Of a stretch of DNA of 64,000 nt, positions 10,554-20,797 are shown in pieces. The notes under the pieces were generated by a model that worked only from the letters and a program-made list of their open reading frames with translations, did no database searches and was not told the origin of the DNA. The translations under genes were made by a program, and so were the position numbers. The DNA comes from Candidatus Latescibacterota bacterium (GTDB taxonomy: Bacteria; Latescibacterota; UBA2968; UBA8231): positions 2,976,001-3,040,000 of the forward strand of contig OZ220089.1 of assembly GCA_964291625.2 (NCBI GenBank), in the 5' to 3' direction. Within the stretch, counting starts at the first letter, position 1, and every line of letters begins with the position of its first letter.

Positions 10554-11099
10554 GTGCGGGTATGCCTACCCCTGCTCTTTGTCAGTTTGACCCTGTCCCA
10601 TGCCGAATCCCGCGACTTCATCCCCTTGGCATCCGTGGACAGCCTTCTCGTCCTGAACAACTACGTGACCGACCAGCCACCGTTCGAGGGGCCGGCCCGA
10701 GGTCGCATCCTGAACGCGGAGGGCCGCTGGTGTCAGTTCGTCCAGGTGAAGTCGAAGGAGACCGGCCCGACGTACTTCTACGGTCCCCCGATGACAGGCG
10801 GCGCCAACCTGCTGGCCTTCGACGACCCCCAGTGCATGGCCGCCCCGCCTGACGCCATCGGCGGGATCGCGCAGAGGCTGATCAACCAGCAGCTCGGGAC
10901 CTGGCACCGGGCCGCCTACCGGAAGACGGAGCCGAAACACCTGAAGCCGCCGGGCGGGAAGGGGGCCCTCCGCCAGCTCCGCGGCTGGTGCCTGCCTTCC
11001 ACCGACCGGCCCGGTGACTCGGTGCTGGTGGAGTATGTCGAGAAGCAACCCGGCTTCATCGCCTACGTTGTGCACGGGGTCGGGATGGGTTGCCCGTGA
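10554..11099 (+). CDS. Hypothetical exported protein
   Basis: GAGAGGAG RBS before GTG 10554. Signal-peptide-like MRVCLPLLFVSLTLSHA. Several Cys residues. Confidence 0.6.
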   Translation: MRVCLPLLFVSLTLSHAESRDFIPLASVDSLLVLNNYVTDQPPFEGPARGRILNAEGRWCQFVQVKSKETGPTYFYGPPMTGGANLLAFDDPQCMAAPPDAIGGIAQRLINQQLGTWHRAAYRKTEPKHLKPPGGKGALRQLRGWCLPSTDRPGDSVLVEYVEKQPGFIAYVVHGVGMGCP

Positions 11100-11432
11100 T
11101 GGAGCCGAGTGGTCGCTGTCAGGGTCTCCATGGAGCATTTCGAACGCCCGCAGGGCGCCGTAGAGGCGCTTGACGGTAGGGATGGAGAGCGTGGAGCGGA
11201 CGGCCCGCAGGGGATCAATCGATCCCGGGTTCAAAGGGCTCTTTCCGGGAAACGGTCCTTTGAGTGGTGAATTCTAGGATGACGCACCTTGACCCCGACG
11301 GCTGCTGCACCGACCGTACTCGCTGAAGATCGAACTCAAACCTATCCCAAAGACAGACAAGCCTTCCCCCGGCGGCGGCCTAGTGGATAGCCCCCGCCGG
11401 CATCCACCACTCCATACCCAGGAACGCAGCTG

Positions 11433-14400
11433 ATGTCGGCCATTGCTGTGCAGGTGTCAGAGCTCAAAGAGGCCCTCCTCTCAGCTCCCCCTGAAGCTGT
11501 GGAGCATCTTGCTGGAGTACTCCTTGGGCGCCTACTCGGTGTGCAGTTCCGATTCGCCCGGCGGGGGAGCCAGAGAGGGGGGGACGGAGGCGCGCAAGGA
11601 ACCGCCGGGCGAGATCTCATCTACGAAGCACGCCGGTATAGAGATTGCACGCCGTTGCGTGACCGGGAGATCCGAGGCGAGATCGACGAGGCAGTAGAGC
11701 GGAATCCTGACCTTGAGTTGTGGATGCTCATCACAACCCGAGCGGTATCCGAACAAACCCATACCGCGATGGAGGGTGCGGCCCGGCCTCGAGGAGTCAG
11801 CACTCTAATCCTAGATTGGACCCCCGAGTCTCTACCCACACTTGCAGTGCTCTGCAGCATAGACCCGCAATCTGTAGAGACAGCCATTGGTGAGGGCCAT
11901 CGAGACTGTCTCGAAGCTATCAACCGGTCCTCGGAAGCTCGGACAGCTCTGCAGGGCATCCGATCCCAGTTGGAGCAATGGGCCGTAGGTTTCGAGCTGC
12001 TCCGTCGACTTAGCCATGAGCGAGTGCGGGACATCTGGCAGTGCCCCTCCTCGGCAATGGCACTCTTCAATCAGAATGTAGCCGGCGGCGCCAATCCGGA
12101 CTCCCACGTCGAGCGCGCCCCCGCTATGGAGCAGCTGGATAGTTGGCATGCAGAAGAAGAGAATCGGCCTGCCGTGGTGACCGGATCGGAGGGAATGGGA
12201 AAGACTTGGGCAGCGATCGACTGGCTGCAAGCCAGGCTTCAGAGCCTGCCCATCGTAGTCCTCGTTCCCTCCTCCTCACTCCATTCTCCGATCACCACAC
12301 GCGCTGAGTTGATAGCCTTCATTGCACGCCTGGTTCGGGATCTCGATCCCGAAGCTGAGCGGGATCAGGCCTTCTGGGAAGGCCGGGTGAGAAGGCTGCT
12401 ATACCGGCCCACTGAGGAAGGGCCAGTCTTCCTGCTGTATTTCGATGGTCTAAATGAACGGCCTTCTCTTGATTGGCCTGCAGTGTTCAATTGCCTGCAG
12501 GATGAAGTCTTCGGTGGCCGAACCCGAATCCTTGCTTCCGCACGCAAGACCTTCGTCTCCGAGCGTATGGGGGACTTTCGAAACGTCTACCAAGAGCCCG
12601 TTCGGCTCGAGGTTGGCCACTATGACACGGCCCCTGGTGGTGAATTTGACAGAAAGCTTGCGGCAGAAGATCTGCTTCTCGCAGAGTTCCCGGAGTCACT
12701 CCTCCGCTTGGCGTCGGTTCCTCGAATGTTTGATCTAGTTGTCCAACTAAGGGACAGACTCGGTGCTGTCGAGGGGGTGACTCTCCATCGCCTCCTCTGG
12801 GAGTATGGGGCGTCTGCCATCGTAGCTTCTACTTTTGGTCCCTCTCGCTGGAGTGAGTTCATTCTTGAACTGGCGGGCAAGTTTCTTGAGCGGAGTCAAC
12901 CCAAGTGGAGCGATGTGGAGCAGTTCAGCGCAGGCGCCGCAAGTACTCCCGATCAGATCTACGTCCGGGTATCGACAGTCGTGGACAGCGTATTCGCCAA
13001 CCTCGACCGAGACGGTGACCTGACGTTTGAGCCGGACTTCGTTCACCACTCACTGGGACTTGCACTCGTCAAGAGGCTGGAGAGCACGTCGCTCGAAGAA
13101 CCGAGTGAGGAATTGGACGGCTTCCTCCAGCCCCTTGGCGCCTACGACGAAGCGGCCGAGATCCTACGGGCCGCGATTTCCATTACACTGGCAAGACAGT
13201 CGGAGGGGCAACGGCCGTCCTTTCTGGGAGCCCTCTGTACTTCATGGGTGCAAATGCAGAACTTGCCCGACCATCACTTGGACGAACTCGGAGTGTTAGC
13301 TCACGAGATGGTCGAGCCATTGCTGGAGGCCGTTGAGAGGTCCCCGGGACCTGCACTCTCTTCGCCACGGTACATTGCGATTAACGCCCTGGCGACTGTG
13401 GACAAGGGAAGCCCAGCCGTGGCTCGTACCATCGCTGATCTTGCCTCCCGCTGGCAAAGAGTCATTTCCTTGGAGCGCGCCAGGCACAGCGCCGATAGAA
13501 GCGGAGACTCGGAGTACACATGGCGGCGCGATCTTCTTGAGGAGCGCATCGGCACGGCTGAGGTCGGCTCCGTGTTGGTCTTGGGCACCGAGATTCAGAT
13601 CGTAGAAAATGGGGACCCAGAGCTTCCTTTGGTAGCCGCACAACTCCTGCAGGGTCGGCCACTCGTGGAAGCCATTCAGTTTCTGGAAGCGGGCGCCATT
13701 CATCAGGCAATCACGGGCACTCCCCAGGAAGCACAGAGCTGGCTCAATTCTCTCAACGTGCTCGACCCCGTTGAGACTGCAGAGAGGCTGCGATCCCGGT
13801 CCATCCAACTCAGGTCGTTCGTCCCCGAAACAGGAGTCCACTCCGATCTCCCGAAGCGCGTTGCGGCTCTTCTCCTCTGGCGAACCGGCTTTGAGGAGGA
13901 TGCCAGGAGTGCGGCCGAACTTGATCCTCCGATGGAACGTCCGTTGTCATATGAAGAGGCTTACCTGAGTGATCCGGCAGCTTCATTGTCCTACCCCCTT
14001 GAACGGCGACACGCGCTGCATGCATTGAGCAGGCAGGATTTGCCCGCGCGCTACCGAGTCAATCGCGCTGAGGACGCGATAGTGGATCCGAGCTTTTCGG
14101 TGCCCGACTTACTTGCCTCCGAGCTGGTTACAGAAGTGGAAGCGCTCAACTTCGACGAAGTGAACACGGGGACTTCGAGGACTAGGGAGGACCTCCTGTG
14201 GTCTGACTTGTCCCTTGGGCTCGCGCGCTGCGCACCTGAGGAACTCTCTCGCATTGAGCGGCAACGGATGCGCGGATACAGCCAGCGAAGTGGTCAGTCT
14301 CGGTTTGCGGCGGCCCTGGCGACATTGGATGCCATGTTGCTTGTTACGGAAGGGGAACGGCTGGCCATGCGACGGCTCCGTGGAGATGCGCCGGAGGGTA

Positions 14401-16082
14401 TGGACAACTACGAGTGGACAGCGCAGACCAATCTGCTGACGGTGGAGGTTCAGGGCCAGGCTCCTCTGGTGCAGATCCAGAGCATCATCGACTCGGGGCT
14501 CGGCAGTGTGCATGGGTCGCTGGCTAGAGTCTGTGGGACCCCTTCAATCGGGGAGTTGGATGACTTGGTGGGGAGATACGGTGCGTCCCCCCTCCATCTC
14601 GCAACCATTGCGCAGACAGTGGGGGAGAGGCACATGGACCTGAGTGAGAGGGCGTTCTGTGCTTTCTCGGGACTGCTGGGAGACCAAGACCCGCTTGTGG
14701 AGGTGGGAGCGGTCTGGCTTCTGCTAGGCCTAAACGCGCCAGAGCAGCTGGGTGGCCTACTGGAGGGAAGACGCTGGGAGTGGTCTGCAGGCAAGTCCGA
14801 TTTGGAGAACACGATGGGCTCGCTTGCGGTTGCTGCCGCGAACGAGGGCAGGGAGCTATCTAGATTTGCAGGGAGGCTCTATCCCGCGACACTGCTTGAA
14901 GTGATGGCAGGGAGGAACAATACCCAAGAAGACGTAGCACTAGCTGTTTCACTTCTCGATAGTGTTGTCCTCGATACTGAGAACGATGCTCCTGAGTCTC
15001 CGCTTGAGATCTACTACGATCGAAGTTCCGCAGAAGAGTCAAGGAGCTACCTGTACACCTCTGCAGGGTTTCGTGTCAAAGATCAAAATGATAGGGATAG
15101 CCACTTCTGGGATAGAGTCACCTCCCCCGAACAGTACGAGGAGCGTCTCCAGACGCTGCGCCAAGCCTACTCTTCAGAAGTGAAGAAAGTCAGGAGTCTT
15201 GGCGCTCAGTTCCACTTGGAGTTTGTGGATCCCCAGTTCTTTGATCCCGTTCTTCGACATTGCCCAGGCGCAGTGGACAGGTGGCTAGACGGGATCGGGT
15301 CGCGCTCCCAAGCTTTTTGCCGCAGGATCCATCTGGCGAACGGGTTTTATGTTTCTCTGTGTGAGGCTCTCTTGTCAGCTGTTCCGGTCCAAGGCGTGGC
15401 GCTCTGGCGAGCATTGAGGGAGTGCCAGAGTCAGGTGAAGTTCACCGTCCATGGAGACATGGATAGACTTGTGCATGCACTGATATGCGCGGACCAAAGC
15501 CCCGAGGTAGACGACGCACTGAAGGAAGTCCATGCGGTTCAGCACTCACGGAGCGATCAGGAGTTGACTAATCTCCTCGTTGGGGCTCGCCTTTCAGGGC
15601 GCTTGGACTGGCTGCAGCAGATGGTGGAACGTGATGCAGGGTCTCCATGTCCCCTGCATAGGCGGCGAGGGGCCTTTCTCAAGCCACAGTTGCGAGTACC
15701 ACCGATTGCGGGGAGCGACGCTTGGCCGGTAGGGAGGGCCTATTGGGGATCCCGAGAGACGGCATGGAAGCTGGCCCAGCGCGAGGCATTCGCGAAACAC
15801 TGGCTTCAAGCATTTGCGCAGGCGGAGACCCCTGAGGGAGCATACGCGGCTTGGCGCCTATTCCTAGCTTGCGTGGACCGCCGGGCGTTGAGTTGGATGG
15901 ACAGTGTCCTCGATCAGCACTCCACCCCCGATCTCGAGTTTGAAGACGCCAAGGGCCGGTTCCTGCAGCAGCAAGCAGGGCGATTGAAGCGTGCCATGGC
16001 CGACAACGAGAACCACTGGTCGGAGAACCTCGCTGGAAAGAGATACCCGAGGACACTCATGCCTTGGAATGCACGGCTTTGA
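11433..16082 (+). CDS. Restriction-endonuclease-like domain + STAND/NACHT NTPase + long helical sensor (Avs/NLR-like antiviral protein)
   Basis: N-terminal E...GSQRGGDGG...IYEARRY resembles Mrr-like PD-(D/E)XK domains. Walker A GSEGMGKT, Walker B LLYFDGLNE. 1549 aa. GC visibly lower than flanks. Confidence 0.75.
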   Translation: MSAIAVQVSELKEALLSAPPEAVEHLAGVLLGRLLGVQFRFARRGSQRGGDGGAQGTAGRDLIYEARRYRDCTPLRDREIRGEIDEAVERNPDLELWMLITTRAVSEQTHTAMEGAARPRGVSTLILDWTPESLPTLAVLCSIDPQSVETAIGEGHRDCLEAINRSSEARTALQGIRSQLEQWAVGFELLRRLSHERVRDIWQCPSSAMALFNQNVAGGANPDSHVERAPAMEQLDSWHAEEENRPAVVTGSEGMGKTWAAIDWLQARLQSLPIVVLVPSSSLHSPITTRAELIAFIARLVRDLDPEAERDQAFWEGRVRRLLYRPTEEGPVFLLYFDGLNERPSLDWPAVFNCLQDEVFGGRTRILASARKTFVSERMGDFRNVYQEPVRLEVGHYDTAPGGEFDRKLAAEDLLLAEFPESLLRLASVPRMFDLVVQLRDRLGAVEGVTLHRLLWEYGASAIVASTFGPSRWSEFILELAGKFLERSQPKWSDVEQFSAGAASTPDQIYVRVSTVVDSVFANLDRDGDLTFEPDFVHHSLGLALVKRLESTSLEEPSEELDGFLQPLGAYDEAAEILRAAISITLARQSEGQRPSFLGALCTSWVQMQNLPDHHLDELGVLAHEMVEPLLEAVERSPGPALSSPRYIAINALATVDKGSPAVARTIADLASRWQRVISLERARHSADRSGDSEYTWRRDLLEERIGTAEVGSVLVLGTEIQIVENGDPELPLVAAQLLQGRPLVEAIQFLEAGAIHQAITGTPQEAQSWLNSLNVLDPVETAERLRSRSIQLRSFVPETGVHSDLPKRVAALLLWRTGFEEDARSAAELDPPMERPLSYEEAYLSDPAASLSYPLERRHALHALSRQDLPARYRVNRAEDAIVDPSFSVPDLLASELVTEVEALNFDEVNTGTSRTREDLLWSDLSLGLARCAPEELSRIERQRMRGYSQRSGQSRFAAALATLDAMLLVTEGERLAMRRLRGDAPEGMDNYEWTAQTNLLTVEVQGQAPLVQIQSIIDSGLGSVHGSLARVCGTPSIGELDDLVGRYGASPLHLATIAQTVGERHMDLSERAFCAFSGLLGDQDPLVEVGAVWLLLGLNAPEQLGGLLEGRRWEWSAGKSDLENTMGSLAVAAANEGRELSRFAGRLYPATLLEVMAGRNNTQEDVALAVSLLDSVVLDTENDAPESPLEIYYDRSSAEESRSYLYTSAGFRVKDQNDRDSHFWDRVTSPEQYEERLQTLRQAYSSEVKKVRSLGAQFHLEFVDPQFFDPVLRHCPGAVDRWLDGIGSRSQAFCRRIHLANGFYVSLCEALLSAVPVQGVALWRALRECQSQVKFTVHGDMDRLVHALICADQSPEVDDALKEVHAVQHSRSDQELTNLLVGARLSGRLDWLQQMVERDAGSPCPLHRRRGAFLKPQLRVPPIAGSDAWPVGRAYWGSRETAWKLAQREAFAKHWLQAFAQAETPEGAYAAWRLFLACVDRRALSWMDSVLDQHSTPDLEFEDAKGRFLQQQAGRLKRAMADNENHWSENLAGKRYPRTLMPWNARL

Positions 16083-16139
16083 GCGGGTGTTTCTTGCCGC
16101 CCGTGCCGGTTTGTTCCGGTAGCGGATGATCCCTTGCCA

Positions 16140-16771
16140 AGTGCCGGCGGTTAACTCGCTCCAGTCGTCTATTGGCTGCCGCCGCCGCTCGAACAGATCG
16201 GTCGCCGGTAGGCCGCCTCGACCCGGTCGCTGTTGACGTGCGCCAGCGGGAGCTCGCAGACCGCCCGGGGGGCATCGGAGCACTCCGCCGCCCAGTCGCG
16301 AGAGCTCGACCGGGAACCTTGGGGCATCGCCGGGATGGCGAGCTCCCGGACCAGATTCGAGATCGTCATGTCGCTCAGGGTCCTGTCGCGCACGCTCACC
16401 AGACCGGAGCCATCGGCCAGCTGTAGGGCCTTTGACCAGCAGCTGCAGGACCCGCGGCGAGAGCGGGACCCGGTGCTCCCGGCCCGCCTGGATTCGGTCC
16501 GCCGGCACGGTCCACGCGCGTCCTTCCAGATCAATTCCCTCCCACGGGGCGCCCGGACCTCGCGGACCTAGCTGCGGTCAGGACCAGGAACTCGAGAGCG
16601 AGCTTCGGCGCCGGCTAGGCGTTCGAGGCGCGCACCTTGCGCAAAAGCCCCGGCCACATCAGCATGCGGGAGCGCTCTCTGGTGCTTCTAAGGACCTCGC
16701 CCTTGGGCAGGGCGGCGCTGGTGGCGTCCCCGGCGGGGTTGTCCTCGCGGTGTCCCTTGGCCACGGTCCAC
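16140..16771 (-). pseudogene. Decayed, 5'-truncated P4-like tyrosine integrase
   Basis: Across frames: WTVAKGHREDNPAGDATSAALPK / KHQRALPHADVAGA / KLALEFLVLTAARSAEVRGAPWEGIDLE...WTVPADRIQAGREHRVPLS / PQGSRSSSRDWAAE...LAHVNSDRVEAAYRR. Contains frameshifts and a stop. The catalytic HGFR motif has degenerated to QGSR. Confidence 0.85.
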
Positions 16772-16772
16772 T

Positions 16773-18347
16773 TCAACCCTCCGAGTGCCGCCTCTCCAGC
16801 GCCCGGTACTCCTCCAACATCTCATCGTAGACCCCCCGGCTCGCCGGATCCGGCTCGACCGGCGGGGCCACCTGCAGCCGCAGGAAGGGCTCCGCCACCT
16901 CCTCCCAGGACCGCGCCTCCCCCGAGGCTTTGGCGTGTCCGTGGGCGGCCCTGAACGCGGCGCCCAAGGCCGCGGCATTCGTCGTGGCCAGCCGCTGAAC
17001 CGGGCAGCCGTGGATGTCCGCAAACACCCGCAGGATCTCCTCGTTCTCCGAGGCGCCGCCGGTGACCCGCAGGGAGCGGATCCCCACCCCCATCCACTCG
17101 GAGTGGATCCTCGACGACAGGGCCTGCGCCTCGATGACGGCGCGGACGTTGGCCGCGGGGTCGGCCTCGTCGAGGTCCTGGCGCACGATGCCGGGGCGGG
17201 TCACGCGGGGGACGATCTCCTCGTCGAACCAGGGCAGCATGAGGGCGCCGCCGTTGCCGGGGGGCGTCGCCGCCAGCCCCCGGGAGAAGCCGGACCAGTC
17301 GAGGCCGTAGAGGTCGCGAACGGCCTCCCGTGCCAGGCTGCCGTTGAGGAAGCAGATCAGCGCCATGTAGTGGGCGCCGTCGGGCGAGGCGAAGAGGGCG
17401 CCCTCGCCGGTGACCGGCAGCCGGGGCTCGTCCAGGCAGGCGAAGAGGGTGTCGCTGGTGCCCAGGCTCAGGGCTGCCTGGCCCGGCTGCAGCAGGCCGA
17501 GGCCGATGAGGCTGCAGGGGTTGTCGCCGGAGAAGGGCAGCACCCGGCAGTCGGGCGCAAACCCGAAGCGTCCGGTCCAGAAAGGGCTCAGGGTGCCGGC
17601 CACCGCATCCGAAGGGATGACGGGCAGCAGCCGGCGCCCGAGGTCGGGGGCGGTGGCCTCCAGGGCGGGCCGGCTCCAGCGGCGGGTGCGGATGTCCATG
17701 AGGTTCGTCCCGCTGCCGTCGCCGGGGTCGACGGGGACCAGCCGCCCGGCGAGCAGGCTGGCCACGAAGGAGCTGACCAGGCAGATGCAGCCGGTGCGCT
17801 CGTAGGCCTCCGGCTCGTCCTGCCAGAAGCGGCGGATCTGGGGGCCGCTGAAGCGCTCGAAGGCGGTGTTCCCGGTCAGCTCCAGCAGCCGGCTCCGGCC
17901 GCCGACGCCGTCCTCGATCTGGCGGCACTGGTCGCTGGTGGAGGTGTCCATCCAGACCGGGGCCGTGGGCCGCGAGAACACCTCGGAGAGCTGCTCGGCC
18001 AGGTCGTGGTCGGGGTCGAGGCCGCCGAGGGCGCCGGCGGCTGCCTCGTTGAGGTAGACGGTGCCGTGCTGCTGGCCGCTGCCGGCGATCGCCTCGATCC
18101 TCGCGAGATCGACGCCGGTCTCCCGCAGGCGCGCGCACAGCAGTTCCAGGGCCTCGGCCCACATGAGCGGCGGCGAGTGGACCCGGCCGCCGCCGAGGTC
18201 GAGGACGCCCTTGTCGACGCCGTAGCGGGCGGCGAAGTGCTCGTCGAAGCCGATCGACTCCTCGGCCAGTAGAGCGCCGGCCTCCGTATCGATGACGAGA
18301 CCCGTCATCGACTGGGTGCTGCAGTCCAGCCCGAGGAAGTTGCCCAT
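16773..18347 (-). CDS. xylB: Xylulokinase (FGGY family, eukaryote-like subtype)
   Basis: FLGLDCSTQS, IAGSGQQHG, PVWMDTST, ERFSGPQI, SGDNP, SLGTSDT, NGSLARE, VTGGAS. Confidence 0.85.
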   Translation of the reverse strand: MGNFLGLDCSTQSMTGLVIDTEAGALLAEESIGFDEHFAARYGVDKGVLDLGGGRVHSPPLMWAEALELLCARLRETGVDLARIEAIAGSGQQHGTVYLNEAAAGALGGLDPDHDLAEQLSEVFSRPTAPVWMDTSTSDQCRQIEDGVGGRSRLLELTGNTAFERFSGPQIRRFWQDEPEAYERTGCICLVSSFVASLLAGRLVPVDPGDGSGTNLMDIRTRRWSRPALEATAPDLGRRLLPVIPSDAVAGTLSPFWTGRFGFAPDCRVLPFSGDNPCSLIGLGLLQPGQAALSLGTSDTLFACLDEPRLPVTGEGALFASPDGAHYMALICFLNGSLAREAVRDLYGLDWSGFSRGLAATPPGNGGALMLPWFDEEIVPRVTRPGIVRQDLDEADPAANVRAVIEAQALSSRIHSEWMGVGIRSLRVTGGASENEEILRVFADIHGCPVQRLATTNAAALGAAFRAAHGHAKASGEARSWEEVAEPFLRLQVAPPVEPDPASRGVYDEMLEEYRALERRHSEG

Positions 18348-18425
18348 CTACCGACCCCTGGTTAGTTTCGCGCCGCCATCCGGTCGAGAAGCTACGTCCA
18401 GCCCCGGGATCCCGGAAAACCGCCC

Positions 18426-19697
18426 ATGCCCGCGCTGCACGACGCCGATCCCGAGGTCGCCGGGATCATCGCCGCCGAGAACGCCCGCCAGCACGCCAAG
18501 ATCCGCCTCATCCCCTCGGAGAACTACGCCGGCCCGGCGGTTCTGGAAGCGACCGGCTCCATCCTGACGAACAAGTACTCCGAGGGCTACGCCGGCCAGC
18601 GCTACTACGAGGGCCAGCAGGAGATCGACCGCCTCGAGGAGCTGGCCGTGGCGCGGGCCCGGGAGCTCTTCGGCGCCGAGCACGTGAACGTGCAGCCCTA
18701 CTCGGGCTCGCCGGCCAACCAGGCCGTCTACCTGGCCCTGGCCGATCCGGGGGACACGGTCATGGGCATGGCCCTCGACCAGGGCGGCCACCTCACCCAC
18801 GGCGCCGCCGTGAGCGTCTCCGGGCGGCACTACAAGCCGGTCCAGTACGGCGTCGACCCCGCCACGGGCCGTCTCGACTACGAGGTGATCGAGGATCTGG
18901 CCCGGCAGTACCGGCCCAAGCTCCTGTTCTGCGGCGCCACCGCCTATCCCCGGGTCATCGACTTCGAGCGCTTCGGCGCCATCGGCCGCCGGACCGGGGC
19001 CGTGGTGGTGGCCGACATGGCCCACATCGCCGGGCTGGTGGCCGCCGGCGTGCACCCGAGCCCGGTGCCGCACGTGGACGTGGTGACCACCACCACCCAC
19101 AAGTCCCTGCGCGGCCCCCGGGGCGGCATGATCCTGTGCCGGCAGGCTTACGCCGAGGCCCTGGACAAGGCCGTCTTCCCCGGCTTGCAGGGGGGCCCCC
19201 ACAACAACACGACGGCGGCCATCGCCGTGGCCCTCAGGGAGGCCGGCACCGGGGAGTTCCGGGCCTACGCGCGGGCCATCGTCGACAACGCCCGCGCCCT
19301 GGCCGAGGCCCTGGCCGGCCGCGGCTTCGACCTGGTCTCGGGGGGCACCGACAACCACCTGCTCCTCGTCGACCTGCGCGGCAAGGGGGTCACCGGCTAC
19401 CAGATGGCCAAGGCCCTGGACGCGGCCGGTATCGTCTGCAACTACAACCTGATCCCGGGGGACCCGAAGCCGGCGCGCCGGCCCAGCGGCATCCGCCTGG
19501 GGACCCCGGCCGTCACCAGCCGCGGCTTCGGCGCCGCCGAGATGGAGCAGCTCGCCGTGTGGATGGACCGCGTGGCCGCCATCCGCGCCGACGAGGGCCT
19601 CGACCGCAAGGCGCGTTCCGCCGCCTACCGGCGCATCGCCGGCGAGGTCCGCGGCCTGTGCAGCCGCTTCCCCGCCCCCGGCCTTTCCGAGGTCTGA
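18426..19697 (+). CDS. glyA: Serine hydroxymethyltransferase
   Basis: LIPSENY, NKYSEGY, VNVQPYSGS, GGHLTHG, TTTTHKSLRGPRGG (PLP lysine), SGIRLGT. Confidence 0.97.
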   Translation: MPALHDADPEVAGIIAAENARQHAKIRLIPSENYAGPAVLEATGSILTNKYSEGYAGQRYYEGQQEIDRLEELAVARARELFGAEHVNVQPYSGSPANQAVYLALADPGDTVMGMALDQGGHLTHGAAVSVSGRHYKPVQYGVDPATGRLDYEVIEDLARQYRPKLLFCGATAYPRVIDFERFGAIGRRTGAVVVADMAHIAGLVAAGVHPSPVPHVDVVTTTTHKSLRGPRGGMILCRQAYAEALDKAVFPGLQGGPHNNTTAAIAVALREAGTGEFRAYARAIVDNARALAEALAGRGFDLVSGGTDNHLLLVDLRGKGVTGYQMAKALDAAGIVCNYNLIPGDPKPARRPSGIRLGTPAVTSRGFGAAEMEQLAVWMDRVAAIRADEGLDRKARSAAYRRIAGEVRGLCSRFPAPGLSEV

Positions 19698-19701
19698 TCC
19701 C

Positions 19702-20790
19702 ATGAAGATCACCCGCATCGCCGTCTACGTGGTCAACGTCCCCGAGACCCGCTGGTGGTGGTCCGACGACGAGCACGGACAGCCCGGCCACATGCGAGAC
19801 GAGCACGCCGTCGCCGAGGTCGAGACCGACCAGGGGCTGACCGGCCTGACCCAGATCGGCCGCTTCACCACCCGCGAGGTGATCGAAGAGGGCCTGAGGA
19901 GCTGGCTCGGCCAGGACGTGCTGGAAGTGAACCTGGCCGACCCCTGGCCTCTGATCACGGCCTTCGAGCAGGCCGTCCTCGACCTGCGGGGCCAGGCTCT
20001 TGGCGTGCCCGTCCACCAGCTTCTCGGGGGACGGCGGCGGGACAGCGTCCCCGTCACCATGTGCACCGGCTACAAGACGCCGGCCAACACCGCCGAGCAG
20101 GCGGCGCGGGGCTGGGAGCAGGGGTTCCGGTGGTACAAGATGAAGTGCTGCGCCCGGGAGACGACGCCGGAGGAGCGCATCCGCCACATCGTCGACCGCT
20201 GCCGGGCGATCCACGAGGCCGTCCCCGGCATGGGCATCCGCCCCGATATCCGCTGGCGCCTCCAGGAGGTGCGGGTGGTCCAGGAGCTGTCCCGGCGGCT
20301 GGAGGGGCTCCCCATGGAGTCGCTGGAGAGCCCCATCGCCAAGGCGGCCCAGGGGGGGACCTACTCCGAGTGGCGTCGGCTGCGCTACTCCATCGGCCAT
20401 CCCGTGGCCGATCACGTGGGCGGCGCCGAGGACCTGATCCAGCGCAGCCGGGCCGAGGCCCTGGACTACACCATCCTCGGCGGCAGCCACCTGGAGCTGC
20501 TGCGGCTGTCGGACTTCTCCCATCGGCTCGGACTCGAAGGCTGGTCCCAGTGCGTCGCCTACGGCCCCGGCGCCGCCATGGCCCTGCACGTGGCCGCCTG
20601 CATGGCCAACCTCAGCCGTCCCTACGACATGGTCGGCCCCTTCGCCTGGGAGCACGACCTGACCAACGAGCCCTTCGAGCTGGTCGACGGCGGCTTCGTC
20701 GTCCCCTCGCGGCCCGGCCTCGGATTCACCCTCGACCACGACGCCGTGGGCCGCTACCTCGTGAACCGATTCGTCTACCAAGAGGAATAG
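19702..20790 (+). CDS. Mandelate racemase/muconate lactonizing enzyme family protein
   Basis: EVETDQGLTG, DLRGQALGVPVHQLLGG, YKMK, ESP, PSRPGLG. Confidence 0.85.
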   Translation: MKITRIAVYVVNVPETRWWWSDDEHGQPGHMRDEHAVAEVETDQGLTGLTQIGRFTTREVIEEGLRSWLGQDVLEVNLADPWPLITAFEQAVLDLRGQALGVPVHQLLGGRRRDSVPVTMCTGYKTPANTAEQAARGWEQGFRWYKMKCCARETTPEERIRHIVDRCRAIHEAVPGMGIRPDIRWRLQEVRVVQELSRRLEGLPMESLESPIAKAAQGGTYSEWRRLRYSIGHPVADHVGGAEDLIQRSRAEALDYTILGGSHLELLRLSDFSHRLGLEGWSQCVAYGPGAAMALHVAACMANLSRPYDMVGPFAWEHDLTNEPFELVDGGFVVPSRPGLGFTLDHDAVGRYLVNRFVYQEE

Positions 20791-20797
20791 AGATCCC

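Noticed and set aside
11161-11190. Possible decayed copy of the 3' end of gene 9818..10420
   Set aside because: Only about 19/30 identity in GC-rich sequence, which could be chance.
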